This document shows, piece by piece, positions 38,901-53,600 of a stretch of DNA of 64,000 bases. The position numbers and the translations under genes were made by a program. Numbering within the stretch: the first letter of the stretch is position 1; the number at the start of each line of letters is the position of its first letter. The DNA lies in NCBI RefSeq assembly GCF_037042905.1, contig NC_087263.1:11100001-11164000 (forward strand). The letters run 5' to 3'. This stretch comes from Lytechinus pictus (lineage: Eukaryota). The notes below the pieces were generated by a model, which saw nothing but the letters and a program-made list of their open reading frames with translations, did not search any database and was not told the origin of the DNA.

Positions 38901-41900
38901 CCACTCTTATCAAAATTACATGCATTATAATGCTCTCGTTTCCCCATTCATTTTTATACAAAATATAATATACAGAGGTCTATGGCGACCATTTTTAATA
39001 ACAAGAAAATAAAGTGTCAAAAATCATGTTTTCATAGAGTATTCACTCCTGCGTCGAAATTGCAGGTATTTTTTAATCAATGTGTTTGCAATCTGGTGAT
39101 TTCCAGCATAGGTAATTTGCATATTTTGGAAGCCATATTGTAATTTTGCCATATTGCGGAAGTTACGCGAGTGACATCATTCAGAATTGGAATAAGCACC
39201 CTCGATTTGAAAATAAAACGTCAAAAACCATTGTACCTGTAAGTAAAAAAACATGGTTATGTCCGTTTTGCGTGGATTATTTTGTGTTGGTTCTGCGGCT
39301 TGCAGCAAGAAGGCAAAACCTATTTTTCAACCCAACCCCATTCCCAAGATTTTGACTGAGCTGATTGAAAAAAGAGCAGGCATGTGATTAGTTATCTACC
39401 ACTGATTTTTGATTTTAGAAAGGGCAATTACTAAACTTCTCTTTTTTTCTAAAATGGGGAAGAAATATCACTTCAATTTTGGAACTATTTGACTGGCGAA
39501 AGAATTGGGGGTACTTTGCTGTCCCGTGTGATTAGTTTCAGGAGATATCATAAATGCCAACTTATTTTCAAAATGAACCGGTCGCGGTATCCTTTTCTGG
39601 TCAGATACAGAATGCCAGATACAATATCCTATCCACTGGTAGTGAACACTCGACCCTCTTATCTTATCCTTAAATTTACGAATTTTCTATAAGTGACTTT
39701 TTTTTACGAGCGTGTCTACCTGGTCAATGGAAAATGTTTACGCGCATGAGCCTCTGTATTTAACGAATGTCTAGCAGGGCCCTGGGAACAATATTTGATC
39801 ACAGGGGTGCCGATGTAAATTTGACATGCAAAAAACAAACCAAAAAATCACTAAAGCTAAAAAAAAGGGGGGTTTCACTACCAAAAAAATCGCGGTCATT
39901 TTGGTCATGAGAAATTTAACTACCAAAAAAAATAATAATAAGGGGGGGGGGTTCTATACAAATGTAGGTCATTGAGGTTATATTTTTTTCTATTTTGCCA
40001 CTCCTACGACAATTCCAGTGGGTGCGCTGCCTATGGAAAATAATACACGCAGCACCCCCTAGGAAAATCTCGCTTCCCAGGGCCATGGTGTCTGGACAGA
40101 TGCGGTAGAGGAACAATTATGAAGCACAGACATTTTAGTATTGTATGGTATCCATAATGTTCATAGAGTTCATCCTTGTTCATTGGTCCATGGAATAATG
40201 ATCATGTTAAGTCTGATGTTCATTTCCATGCTTCCCATTTTTTTCAAATGACACAACTGCATTGACATGAACATTACAATTATAGGTTGTGACCTCGTCA
40301 TAATAGTGGGGGTAATCGAATTCAATACATTTCCTTCCTGCGGTTCCATGCATTGTCATGCTGTAGACAAATGATGTCTGAAACAACTACCAAGAACAGA
40401 AATGTATCGACAGGACAAGGTAGCATACAACAATGGAAAAGGTCATAAATTGGAAACATCAAAGGACGTTCATCTGTTTTACTATTTCCACTAAAATTGG
40501 CAGACAATAAATTGGTCCATGTGGTGGCAAAATAATGTATGAAAACAATATCAAACTTTATGCGCATATTTTCATTTTTTATGGGAACTTTTAAGTTCAC
40601 TTATCTAATTATCAGAAAAAACTATACACTACAAACATTTATAAATTTGTAAACAAATAATGAATAAAATAGATTAGAAATAATTTTGTGATTATTTTAT
40701 ATTCAGAAAAAAAATTCCAATTTTTTTTTTCATTTATTTATTTATTATTATTTATTTATTTTTATTTTATTTTATTTTATTTTATTTTATTTTATTTTAT
40801 TTTATTTTATTTTATTTTATTTTATTTTATTTTATTTTTTATTATTATTATTATTATTATTTTTTTTTTTTTGGGGGGGGTCCATCTGTACGCCAGTGAT
40901 ATGTACTTTTACGGTTTGCTATGCATCTGAGATCCTGACCGGCAAATAGTCAGATATCGAAATATTGTGACGAATATTGGGTTGGGTATGCTAAAAAGCT
41001 GCTGGCTGTCTTGAGGCAGCGCAAATTGTTATACAAAAAAAGTGATTTTTTTTTTTCATTTTGAAGCAAAAGTAGCCACAGCGTGTGTGTGTTGGGGTGG
41101 GGTGCGATAGAGATTGTAATGAATTACATCTGGGGACATTTCCTTACATTTTACCCATCAAACGGGAAGTCACTGTCATACAACCGGGGACGTCCGTCGT
41201 ACACAATACCAAGCCAACAAATTCCTCACCTTATTTCAAACCGTTTCACTTATAGCGAACGCAAGATCATTGCAAAAAAGTCCCGTTTGGCAGATGAAAC
41301 TTAAGATGTGTGTGTAGGGGCGAGGAAGAGTCCCCGGTTAGTGGAATATGTTTGTGTTATGTAGGAAGATTAGCCCTGTCAATGTTAAGTAAGTGCCCCA
41401 TTGCCAAATTACAAGATTGTGTGACAGAGAGAGGGGAGAGAGAAACGAAAGAGAGAGAGAGAGAGATAGGGAGGGATGGGGAGAGAGTGTGTGTGCATTG
41501 GCGGCGGAAGCCAAAAATTTTAGGGGGGCCACCAAAAAATTTTGGCAAAAAAAACGCAGGAAAAAAATTGACAAGCAAAAAAAAAAAAAAGCTATCAACT
41601 AAAAATTAAGGGGGGGAGATCGTCCCCCACCTCAGATTTAGGGGGACAGAGAGAAGAGAGAGGGAGTGTGTGTGTGTGTTTATTTGTGTGAGAGAGGGAG
41701 GGGCGTAAAGCGAGGGAGGGGAGGGCGAGGGACAAGTTTCGTCCATTCGCCATTTCTCTCCTCTTTCATTCAGTCAGTAAAGTCTTTCTACAAGTTCCTT
41801 TCGATATCAGCAAAGATACCTATAGATAACCGTTAAATTTTTACATAAAAGGAAAACAATAGAGAGGAGGAAGAAGAAGAATTAAAATGAGCAAATAACG

Positions 41901-44900
41901 AGCCAACAAAAACACAGTGTTAACGTGGTTAAGTTGATATACATCCCACGCATCTTTAAAAAAATCACAACTAGGATACTTTAATAGTGTGTTATTGCGA
42001 AACTACAATTATATTGAAAGCGAAATTCAAATCATAATGAACTGAATACCTGAGGTCTTGTTCGAAAACTGGTGAGCCGGGCAGCTGATCGTCGTAAGAG
42101 GCGGAGCCGATAAAACAATTGCAAATATGTTGTTTGTCCTCAGTCATGGACAAAACTGCTGTTTTGATTCACCGATTTTCGACAAAGACTGCTTTTTCAT
42201 TAAGGGATTTTGGCAATAGCTTTACGTTCTAAAAAGGGTCTCCGCAGTACGTGTTGCAATAACTATTTGCCTCATCCCGAATATAATCGACCAGTACAAG
42301 AACCCAGTGACTAGACTAACTTGATAATTCATTATCTATTTGTCACAAACGTAAACTACCACTGTAACTAGGAACCACCCCCCCCCCTGCATAACCCACT
42401 TGCAAGCCTAAAAGTGTGACAAAGGATAAATGGTTAACACCAGTGGTGACTGCCGGCGATTGCTCTTAGAAATCCCCCCCCCCCAAAAAAAAAAAAAAAA
42501 AAAAAAACAAGCTCAGTATCTCAATTGTTAATTGATCGTCACAGTTCTCACATCTCGTAACTTGATCTACAAAATATCAAGTTTCAATATGAGCGTGCTA
42601 TTGAGTTTTCTAATAGTACAACTATGCCTATTCGATTGCAAATAACGTCTTCATATTTTTTCACATTCCGATCAATTGACTTAAAATGGCATGTTGTACA
42701 AGTTGGAATGTGGCGATATGATTACATTGTTTAGAAAATTGAAGTCAATGAATCTATACAATAATTAGAATCAGTTTGCGTAGTCACGAACCAAATCGAA
42801 ACTATGCTGTAGTAACTTGGCTTCCATTGAACATGTTGAAAACATCTTAAAAACATTTAAAACAAGTATAATTTATCGTACGTCAAGGTTTTAGGAAAGT
42901 TGCTGGTAGATCACCTTCTCGTCGGATGGCAATAAATTGCATGGCACTTAACTTCAGATCCTGCGATCCGCCAGCAAATAACTGCACCTGAATTCCCAAG
43001 TCATCTACTTCATTCATCAAACATCTAAAACTACCTGGTAATTAATGAAAATCTGCTATAAAAGTACACCCACACATACACGCCCACATGCCTCCCCACG
43101 TATACTATCTATTATTCTGTGTTTTAAACCAAGCAAGATATCCGCAAAGTGGGGACATTCCCTTTCCAGGTAGTCGCGTCTATCAATTCCGTATACATTC
43201 AAACATTTCCATACAGTTAATGGATACATTGCAAACAGATACAGTTAGGCCAATATTCCAGTTGTATGTGTGTGTAGGAAGGGATGGGGGCACCCCTAGT
43301 TGGGGAATAGGGTGTTTACCACGTTCGAATATGAGCTTAATTAATGGATGGGTTAACAATTTCGAGTGTTTAATTTCACACGCAGGCACGCACCTAAACA
43401 GACTTCATATCTTGACCAAGGATTTCCTGGGTATGCAGACCCATTACTGGTTACATGGGTTATATGCTATTTCATAGGAGTACGGTTAATTGGTCCTCGT
43501 TTCGCACTTAGGCCTATATCACTTGATGTCAAAGGCCTATTACACGAGATTCCTACTACAACAAACGTTCTCGTGTCATATGTGCTAAATGTTTCATAGA
43601 TGCAGGCTGTGTTACAATGTAAAACACTCCGTCCCTAAGATAGGACGTTAAATGGAGGCCCCGTGTAGAGGAGAGTCACCACCTTTGCACGTTAAGAACC
43701 CACTGCACTATTCGTAGGGGTAAACCCTGGTGTAGTGGTCCACATGCACCCCCCCCCCCCCCAATGAGTTATATCGGGAGGAGAGACGTGCGGGTCAGAG
43801 TGATTCAGTTCGCTTTTCGCCTCCCAGGCACAGGTGACGCCAAACAAATAATGATAATAGTAATAATAATAAATGTCATTAATTCCTCCATGAACTACAT
43901 GCGTGTGTGTTTCAGGGGGATGTGTGTGAGGTCGTGGGTCTGAGGGTGTGTGTGTAAGTGCGTATTTGTGAAGTTGAACACTCGAAAACCCAATCATTTA
44001 ATGAGGCTCATTTTCGAACGCTTTGCGCCAGCTGGGGTGCTCCCAACCCACACTACTTCCTACACACACACACATACACCCTCCCCCACATACACAAGAC
44101 TGACACACACACACTAACTGTTTGAAGTGATACGGAATTGAAAAGCGTGACTACACATGAACAGGGGATTTCCCCCTTGTCAGATATCCCGATTATTGCG
44201 TTATAACACAGAATAACCCCGCGAATGTGGGATGCGTGCATCTGTGTGTATTTTTAAATCTCTATCAAAATGTTTGCATCTTTATCAGTATTCTGTGCAT
44301 TCAATCGTTTCATTTATTATTTTTACTAGTCCCTTTTTTATCCTCTTTGTATTCCCCTCTTTTTTGGTCTGCCACGCACAATAACATTTTACGCTATACA
44401 GTGCGTCCCACAAAAAGGAAACCCATTTTTAGAGATAGATTTCACAATTATTAAATATGTTTTGACTATACATTTGATACTCATGGCAACAGTGGATTTT
44501 CATCTCTAATTTGAAACCAACAGCTTAGCAAATTGTTTCCGCATGGCAGATTAGAAACAATACATACTGAGGCATATCAGTAACATTTGCGCAGAAATGA
44601 ACGTGTGAATCTGAATCCTTTCGCATTTCAGGGATCAGTTAGCTTAACCGCAATCTGGTTTCAACATTACAATTTCTAATTTGACTTTCACATGAATGTT
44701 TGAATTGTTCATCACATACATATTAGGTTTCAAAATAAAGAGAAATAATCTCATTATATGACTATGTAAATTAGATATCGTATTTCATTTGCCTTTGAAG
44801 AAAAAAGACATGGGAATCCCAATTTTTTTTTTTCTGGGACTCACTGTATAGAAAGAAAATGCATGCATCAACGAACCGCACAGCTATTCAGAGTGCCGCG

Positions 44901-46455
44901 GTTTTTTGCGGGAAATATGCATATGAACGACTGTATATTCTACTATACAATATAAAAGACAGTCATAGTAGATGAACAGTCGATCATTGAACGTATGTTC
45001 ATGGTTTCCATGGTGACCACCTTTGACCCATTTTTACCACACCCATTTTGAAGTGAGTCGAATTAAATGGAATGCGTTACCAGATCTCAATGATATACTT
45101 TTTTTCTAATAATTATAACATAATACATACTATGTATTATGTTAGACTTATTAGAAAAATAAGTATTTACGTCGTATTTTGCAATTGGAGGCAACAGAAT
45201 GGCAACCTGCTAATGGAGGTTACCCCCAAGTAATGATGGATTTAGTTAGAGAATTTGCAATAAGCCAGTTCGTAGTTCCTTTCTGCGCATGATCAAAAGA
45301 TTCTACGCATGATCAGAGGAAGGTCATTTGTACTAAAGTGACATGGTGGTTTATAATCTAATGAGATAAGCACCAACTTTGATGTCTTGATTATTCATAT
45401 ATTCTTTTGAATAGTGGTTTTCATTTACATCCACAAAAAACAACAATGCGTCCACGAACGACTGGTATTTCACAGTTTGCCAAGTACATTGTGCAACATG
45501 CTATGATATGCATTCAAAGTAGGAATGCAACAAATACCTTCATAAAAGTGCATTGGTGTGCTATTCTATCACCTGGTCTATTCAATTTCTTCATCCTGCT
45601 ATGTAAGGCAAGCTTACGTAATATCTTGCTTTGAAATCTGCCTATCATAATGAAAGAAATGAAAGGTCATTCGACCAAAATTGTCCATGAAGTAATTAAA
45701 AACTAGTCTATTAATTAGCATCGATGCATTACCCTCCTGGAAGAACAGTGTCCCACAGTGGGTACCACAGTGTGGAACACAGTGTGAAATCCCCTTCACA
45801 ATGTTCAATTTGGGCATTTCAACAGTGTAAACACGCTGCGAACAGCCATACTGTTAAGCACTGCTGTTGAGGTGTCCAAAGTGTGAAAATATCTTCATAT
45901 TGTGGAATTGGAGCATTTTACCAGTTTGAATATTTTCTTACTTAGTCCACTATATGAACACACTGCGATTACACTTCAATCATTCTGGCAGAGTATTTTC
46001 TTTATTTTTATGCATTTTATGGAACATTTGTACACTATTTACACACAAAGTCACCATCATCATACAATTAAAGGGGCACTCCAGGCTGCAAATAATACGA
46101 TGCCATTGTTAAAGATAAAAAACATCAGACAAACAAAGCACAAAAAATTTGATCAAAATTGAATTAGGGATAACAAAGTTATGACATTTTAAAGATCTGC
46201 ATTATTTCAGTAAAGCAGTTCAATGCATGTCGTCATTAATATTCAATGAGCAGACTCATGATGTCATGTCCCAACTTGCTCTTTTGTATTTCATTACATG
46301 AAATAATTTCTATTTAAATTTTTAAGTCCCAATTATGTTAATTAAATTTCAATTCATTTAAAATAAACATTTATTTTCTTCCATTTTTCACAAAATATCA
46401 CTTTTCAATATGAATTATACAAAATATGACTAAATTTGTCATAAATACACACACC

Positions 46456-46508
<53 letters not shown>

Positions 46509-47586
46509 ATATACATACATATATAAATGTGTGTGTATATATATATATATACAGTGCGTATAAAAAAAAATTACACTTAGAAAAAATCCTGTAAAATTAT
46601 ACATTTTTAATATCCTGAAGATTTTTCCACATCGTAACATTGGTACATATCCATTTAAGCAAATGACAATATAACTGTCGAAAAATATTTCCGCTTGAGT
46701 GAACACCACTTACATTTGAAAAGTTAGTGAAAAATTATTTGCGCAGACCTTTGAAATAGTTATACGAATAAAAGTAGACCTTATTCAGAAGAACAAGTTG
46801 AATTTATCTATTAAAATTGATTTGAAGATATCTTTTACCTTTTAAAACTTTTTTCCTTGCCCAAAACACTTCGAAGAGTGCATTGCGCCCCATCCCACTC
46901 CCCCACACACTGAGGCAATCGTGACGATATTTGCTTTACACTGAGCTGTGATTTACATGAAATGGCTTAGGCTTGATTTTCATTTTGTTAATCATTGTAA
47001 CGCTTGGAAAAGGTGTGGAGAAACAAGTATTAAATAAAAATGAAATGTAAACCCACTATAAATGATAAAAACTTAGTGAAAAAATGCTAGAGATGTCTGA
47101 TATAAACTTTTGTTCAGATTTAGTTATGTCCTCAGATCCAGCTGGCACAAAAAGGGTACAGGTTGTGCTTACTAAGTGTTGAAATTTCAATTTGGGTGGC
47201 AAAATTGTTACAAAATGCTTTAATGTATCCGTCTAATTTCTATTGACTAAATTTTATGCCTCCTCACGGCGTTTCTATTAAGTCTTCTTTTGTTTCTACA
47301 TTATGACGCCGATGCAGAACTCTTTGATTTATATATATATATATATGGGCAAAAAGAAGCTGCTGAAAACTGCTTATCTAATAAAAGAGAGCAAATGAAG
47401 TAAATTAGAAAGTCAAAAGGGGGCCTAAGCTTTCGATCCTAGCAGAATCTTCGTCGGAGGCAAAATGACAAACATATAAAGTGGAACAACCACTGGTCTA
47501 TATTATGGTTGTTCCACTTTATATGTTTGTCATTTTGCCTCCGACGAAGATTCTGCTAGGATCGAAAGCTTAGGCCCCCTTTTGAC

Positions 47587-47635
<49 letters not shown>

Positions 47636-50600
47636 CAAATATGATATATAGGAAGAAGGTGTAGTTCCTTGAAAGCAAAAGTCTGTAACGGGATGCGTCT
47701 GTAACACAAATACAATACAAATACACAATGCAAAAAAAGGAAAAAGAAGAAAGATGAGAAAGGAGAAAAAGAAAGAAAGAAAAGGGAAGGGACCAAGAGC
47801 TAGAGAGGGAGATGTGTGCGGGGAAGCGTGTATGACACTGAGCAAAAAAATAGAGTACAACGAATGTTGGTTTGGAAAGGGCATCAACAACGATTGCACA
47901 CATATCATGTTATCTGAAATAAAACAAAACAAAGCAAAAAGAAGCGCGAATTTGAAGAAAAAGGGTCAATTTTCATAAATAGGATGACATAATCATTTTC
48001 TTAACCTTGTAAGCCAGTGATACAGAATTTGTTATATAATCAGGAAGATCATTCCATATTTTAGGACCTGTATAGTTGATATTGTGTTGAAAAAAATAAT
48101 ATTTCTATGTTTAGGTTATCATATGTATTTGATTAGATGATATGGTATCAAAATTACGTATACTAGATACATGAGTAAAAAGGTCGAGAAGTTTAGAAAG
48201 ACTGATGTCTTGTAATTTTAGCAGTTTCAAGGAATGGAATTAAGATTTAGTGTCGGTTAATTGTATGTTGTTGTCTGTGGAAATGATAGGTATAATTCTA
48301 TTTTTGAGAGAGCTTAATTTTTTTAAATGGCTTTGGTATGTGTTAGCCCAAGCCAAATTACAATTATAGAAATAAGGCAGGATTAAAGAGCAATCTTACG
48401 CAAAACAGTTTTAGGAAGATAAAAGCTTAGACGATATATTATTCCAATATTTTTAGACACTTTGTTCTTAATTTCATTTATGTGAGTATCCATGTTAAGT
48501 TACCTTCAATAATAACACCAAAAACCTTGTATTTTCAACTGTGGGAATAACCTGGCTATTTAACTTAACCTCATTAAAATCGATATGCCCTTTAGATTTG
48601 CGAAATATTATATAATTGCATTTTTTGTCTCACCTGCGAAACAGAGTGAGACTATAGGCGCCGCTTTCCGACGGCGGCGTCAACACCAAATTTTGTTTTT
48701 GACAGCATAACTTAAAAAGTATATGAACCCAGTTCATGAAACTTGGCCATAAGGTTAATCAAGTAATACTGAATATCCTGCCTAAGTTTTGAGTCACATG
48801 ACTACGGTCAAAGGTCATTTAGGGTCAATGGACTTTGGCAAAATTGGGGGTATTTGTTGAATTACCATCATAACTTTGAATGTTTATTGGTTTAGTTCAT
48901 ACAACTTGGACATAAGAGTAATCAAGTATCACTGAACATCCTGTGCAAATTTCAGGTCACATGACCAAGGTCAAAGGTCAATGAAGTTTGGCCATGTTGG
49001 GGGTATCTGTTGAATTACCATCATAACTGTGAAAGTTTGTGGATCTGTTTCATGAAACTTGGACATAAAAGTAATCAAGTGTTACTGAACATCTTGTGCA
49101 AGTTTCAGGTCACATGACCAAGGTCAAAGGTCATTTAAGGTCAATGAACTTTGGCCATGTTGGGGGTATTTGTTGAATTACCATCATATAAACTCTGTAA
49201 GTGTATTGGTCTAGTTTATAAAACTTGGACATAAGAGTAATCAAGTATCATTGAACATCTCATGTGAGTTTCAGGTCACATGACCAAAGTCAAAGGTCTT
49301 TTAAGGTCATTGAACTTTGGCCATTTTGGAGGTAATTATTAGATTGCTGTCATAACTTTCAAAGTTTATAGATTTAGTTTATAAAATGTGGATATAGGGG
49401 TAATCAAGTATCACTGACAAGTCTTAGGTTGCATGATCAAGGTCAAATTTCATTTATTGTCAATGAAGGTAGTATTGCATCATCATATGAATGGTGTTTT
49501 TTTGTGAATAATTATTTGACAGTAGTTTCCAAAGTCAGCACTGCTGCTATATTGAATCGCGTGATGAAGGTGAGACTGCCAGAGGCGCTCCACTTGTTTT
49601 GTAATTGATTGTAAGTTTGTTTGTACTGAACCATTTACAGACATTTATGAGTTCAGCATTAACAGCTTCATATAATTGCTAAAGATTTTTGTTAGAATAT
49701 GAATTGTTTGTGTCATTAGCGTATATGATAAAGGAACAGAGGAACAGAAGATATATGTCATTGATGAAATGAAAGTAACAGAAGTGGGCCAAGTATTGAC
49801 CCTTGCGGCACACCACATGTAATTTCCCTGTATTCGAATTGTACACAGTTATAATTGGTGCATTGTTTACGATTTGAAAGATAACTACAAAAAAGGTGAA
49901 TGGCAGTTCCACGGATACCAAAGTTCATCAATTTTGACAATAGTATAGTATGATCAATAGTGTCAAACGCTTTAGATTTAGATTTAATGTCGTTAATTGA
50001 ATATTGATAATATGTAAAATGGCCACGAGGTGATTTATACAGAATTGTTGTTTCCATTCTGTTTTCTTACAGGACCATTATGATAAGAAGATTCTGCATT
50101 ATCATGGCAACTATTTATGCAATGCGAATAATCACCGTCTTGTGTACGGCGTTGCCCGTTCTACCACCGCCAAGCGAGTGCTCTACAATAGTAAGTTACA
50201 TTTCAGGCAGTTCGTTAGGGAATTTTTGCCCCTGCATCGGGGACATATCCAAGAACACAAGAAATGTGTTGAAAATGCTGGTGAAATACCGAGGAACAGC
50301 TGGAAAGTCTTTGTCGAAAATTGGTAAACCGGGACAGCAGTTTTGTCCTAAGTTGAGAAGCAATATTGCAAAATTGTCGTTTGTTCAGAATCCTGGAGGA
50401 CGATTCATAAAGCTGCTTTTAAGTTAAGAGCGACTTTAAGAACGACTGGTGAACCTTTCTTACACACTAAACCGTCGCCAATGAACATTTTGGTGTATAC
50501 CATTTACTAGAAGAAAGGATCACCAGGGGCCCGTTGCATAAATCTTTTGCCATAAAAAAATTCTTGCAAATAAACCAAAAGTCTGGCAAACAAAATTATG

Positions 50601-53600
50601 CCATTGAAAATTACACATTAAAAAACGTTTTTTATGGCAATAGTTTTATGCAACGGGCCCCAGTCGTTCTTAAAATCACTCTTAACTCACGAACAGCTTT
50701 ATGAAACACCCACCAGCACATAACTGCTGGTTTGATTCAGCAGTTTTCGACAAAGACTGCACGGTTGCTCATTGTCATGAAGGGCATCTGACAATCCGTT
50801 TCTAATTTCTTGAATCCCTGGTTTTATACAAGAAGCTTTCCGGCGGTGATACCATAATATTCGTAAAGTTCAGTGACACCAAATTGCATTTGACCTTGAC
50901 CCTGTCAGTGACCTGCACTTTCACCAATCCTGATAACCATCATGTCCATGTTCAGGGATTAGAATGGGGGCTAATAATTTCATAATTATCATGAAAATAA
51001 AAATATTCCCCTTTGTTGATTCTTTGTTGTTGGTGTTGGTGATACCACAACAAGGTCAAAGTTCAAAGCGACCTCCAAATAAATTCCTATTGTGTCCAAT
51101 AACACAATGCTGACATTCCTTGCGGAAAAAATATATTGCCCATTTATAAGATATCGGTAAAAATCTTACTTATTTGGGAAGCCTCCCACAATCACAGTCC
51201 TAAATTAACCTTAAATAGACTGGACTATTCCGACGCCTAAGAAATCTCGGCCGTCGATCGCGCGATCTCGACAAAAATTGGCACGCGCAAATTGTGCGAA
51301 AAGTCTCATTGCTAATTAATTATGCTAATTCAAAAACAAAAGTTTGTTCTAATTAACTAAATAATGCCCATAAAATGCTAATTTCTCGTTCACAGACTCT
51401 TTATAAGAATCTGATCAAATGTATTTGAAAAATTCAACATCACGATAATTTTTATATGTATTTTATTGTTTTCTAAATGTCTTATGTATTTATTTATTTT
51501 CGACTTTTTGTTTTTTATTGTTTGTTCAATGGAAATTGTCGGGGGCTTTATTTCTACCATGAACCACATAAAATCAATAGATTTTAATCAGTAAAAGGAA
51601 AAATAATGATACATTTAACATTTGAGAATTTTGGCTAAAAAATTATTTGCATTGGATTTGTACACTAATTTACGCTTTTGAGCAATGTTGGGTCTGCATG
51701 CACTTACGAAATGTGAGCTAATTTCGGAACCGCGTACCCAGAGGTCGTGATTGTGGTCTCAAAAATTGTGCGTAACGTGATATTAAAAAGTCAGCAAGCG
51801 ACACCGTCAAAGAATTTTGCATGGGGGGTTTATCGCGAAAATATCGAGGGGGCTGAATTAAATAGGGTCAAGCAGACAACAACAATGTTACTTTTTATTT
51901 TTTAACACTGTTCCATTTTTCTACTTATTCAATAAACTGAAGCAAAAGTACAGTTTTATCAAGTGATTGATTATAATTGATGGTTTTTTTTTTTACGATT
52001 GTCACTTTTATCTTGTTATTCTTTTCTAAGGAATTGGACACCCCTGCTAAAAGGCTAAAGATCGCCCTCTTAGTTTGGATGAAGTCGGGATCCCGGTTAA
52101 GCGGTATCAAGATGTGCGGTGACTACATGTTCAGTGGCCATGTGACTTCTCTTACCGTTTTAAATCTTTTTATAATAGAATGTGAGTATCATGAGAATTT
52201 CAACAAGTTTGTTTAGATTCAACAGCTATTTCAAAAATCCATCTTTTTCGTAGCTATTAGTTCTAAGGTTATTACAGTTCTATTCAGCTAATTGATTGTA
52301 AGCACTTATGCATTGATGATAACGACAGTTATAATAATAGTAGTAATAATATTAATAATGATAATGATAATAACAACAACAACAACAACTATAGTAATGA
52401 TAATAATAATACCAGCACTGGATTATAGAATAGCAAGTTATTAACTAAATAAAAAATGTATCATTGTATACCGATTGTATTGGGTAGTAATAGTGTCTTT
52501 CGTTTAGATAGGCTTACTGATAAAGAATTGTACGTTTTGTTATCATTCATTGATTTATTTCTTAATAATATATATATAGAGAGAGAGAAGGCGGGGGGTA
52601 TGAAGTATGATTCATTGTCTAAATCCGATACTAATTTCATTCTTAGAATTTATTTATCAATCTGTCACAAGATCTCTTTTAATCCCTCATTCCGAGCCAT
52701 TAAAGTGATGGTCCGGGCTGAAAATATTTATAACTTAATAAATAGAATAGAATTCACTGAGCAAAATGCCGAAAATTTCATCAAAATCGGATAACAAATA
52801 ACAAAGTTTTTGAATTTTAAAGTTTAGCAATATTTTGTGAAAACTGTCGTCATGAATATTCATTAGGTGGGCTGATGATGTCACATCCCCATTTGTTCTT
52901 TTGTATTTTATTGTATGAAATTAGGTTTATTCAATTTTTTTCCTCCAAGACCTCAAAAAAATGGATTGACAACTGATTTAGTGCATTATATATTTATTGC
53001 TGTAACTTATTTCATTATAAAGGAGACATAATTATTCACACAAGTATTGAATAATGAAAAAAATATGATTTTATGTAATAACATAGAAAAACGGAAAGTG
53101 GGATGTGACATCGTCAGCCTACCTAATGTATATTCATTCACTTTAAACTTCAATAACTTTATTATTTGTTATCCGATTTTGATGAAATTTTCGGCATTTT
53201 GCTCAGTGAGTTATAAATCAAGATATAAATATTTTCAGCCCGGACCACCCCTTTCATAGAGATTTCGCCCAACTCCGATTCAGGTATCACGCGCGCAAAA
53301 CATAGACTTGTATATTTAAATGGCACTGTTAAAAAGATCATTAAAAAATAGAGACGAAATTAGAGGGTCGAATGTTATCTGACCAAAAAAGGGTACCTCG
53401 ACATTATCGACATTATAATTCGATTTTTGTTTAATTTTTGCAGCAGAATATTATGTAAAAACAATTCTGTTGTGAAAAAAAACGTATGGCAACGTACAAT
53501 TGATGAAAATATTAAGTTTCTATAAATTTATACATCTGTTATATCATAATGTTTTGGATTCTGAATAAAGGAAAACAAGCTTTAAAATCATTAATACTTT

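Larger units (their letters stand above)
47404..47594. repeat. Perfect 89-bp inverted repeat, 13-nt loop
   Basis: 47404-47492 is the reverse complement of 47506-47594; (TA)n tracts nearby on both sides. Confidence 0.95.

Noticed and set aside
50191..50427. ORF continuation past exon 2
   Set aside because: Reads through a canonical GTAAGT donor into repeat sequence
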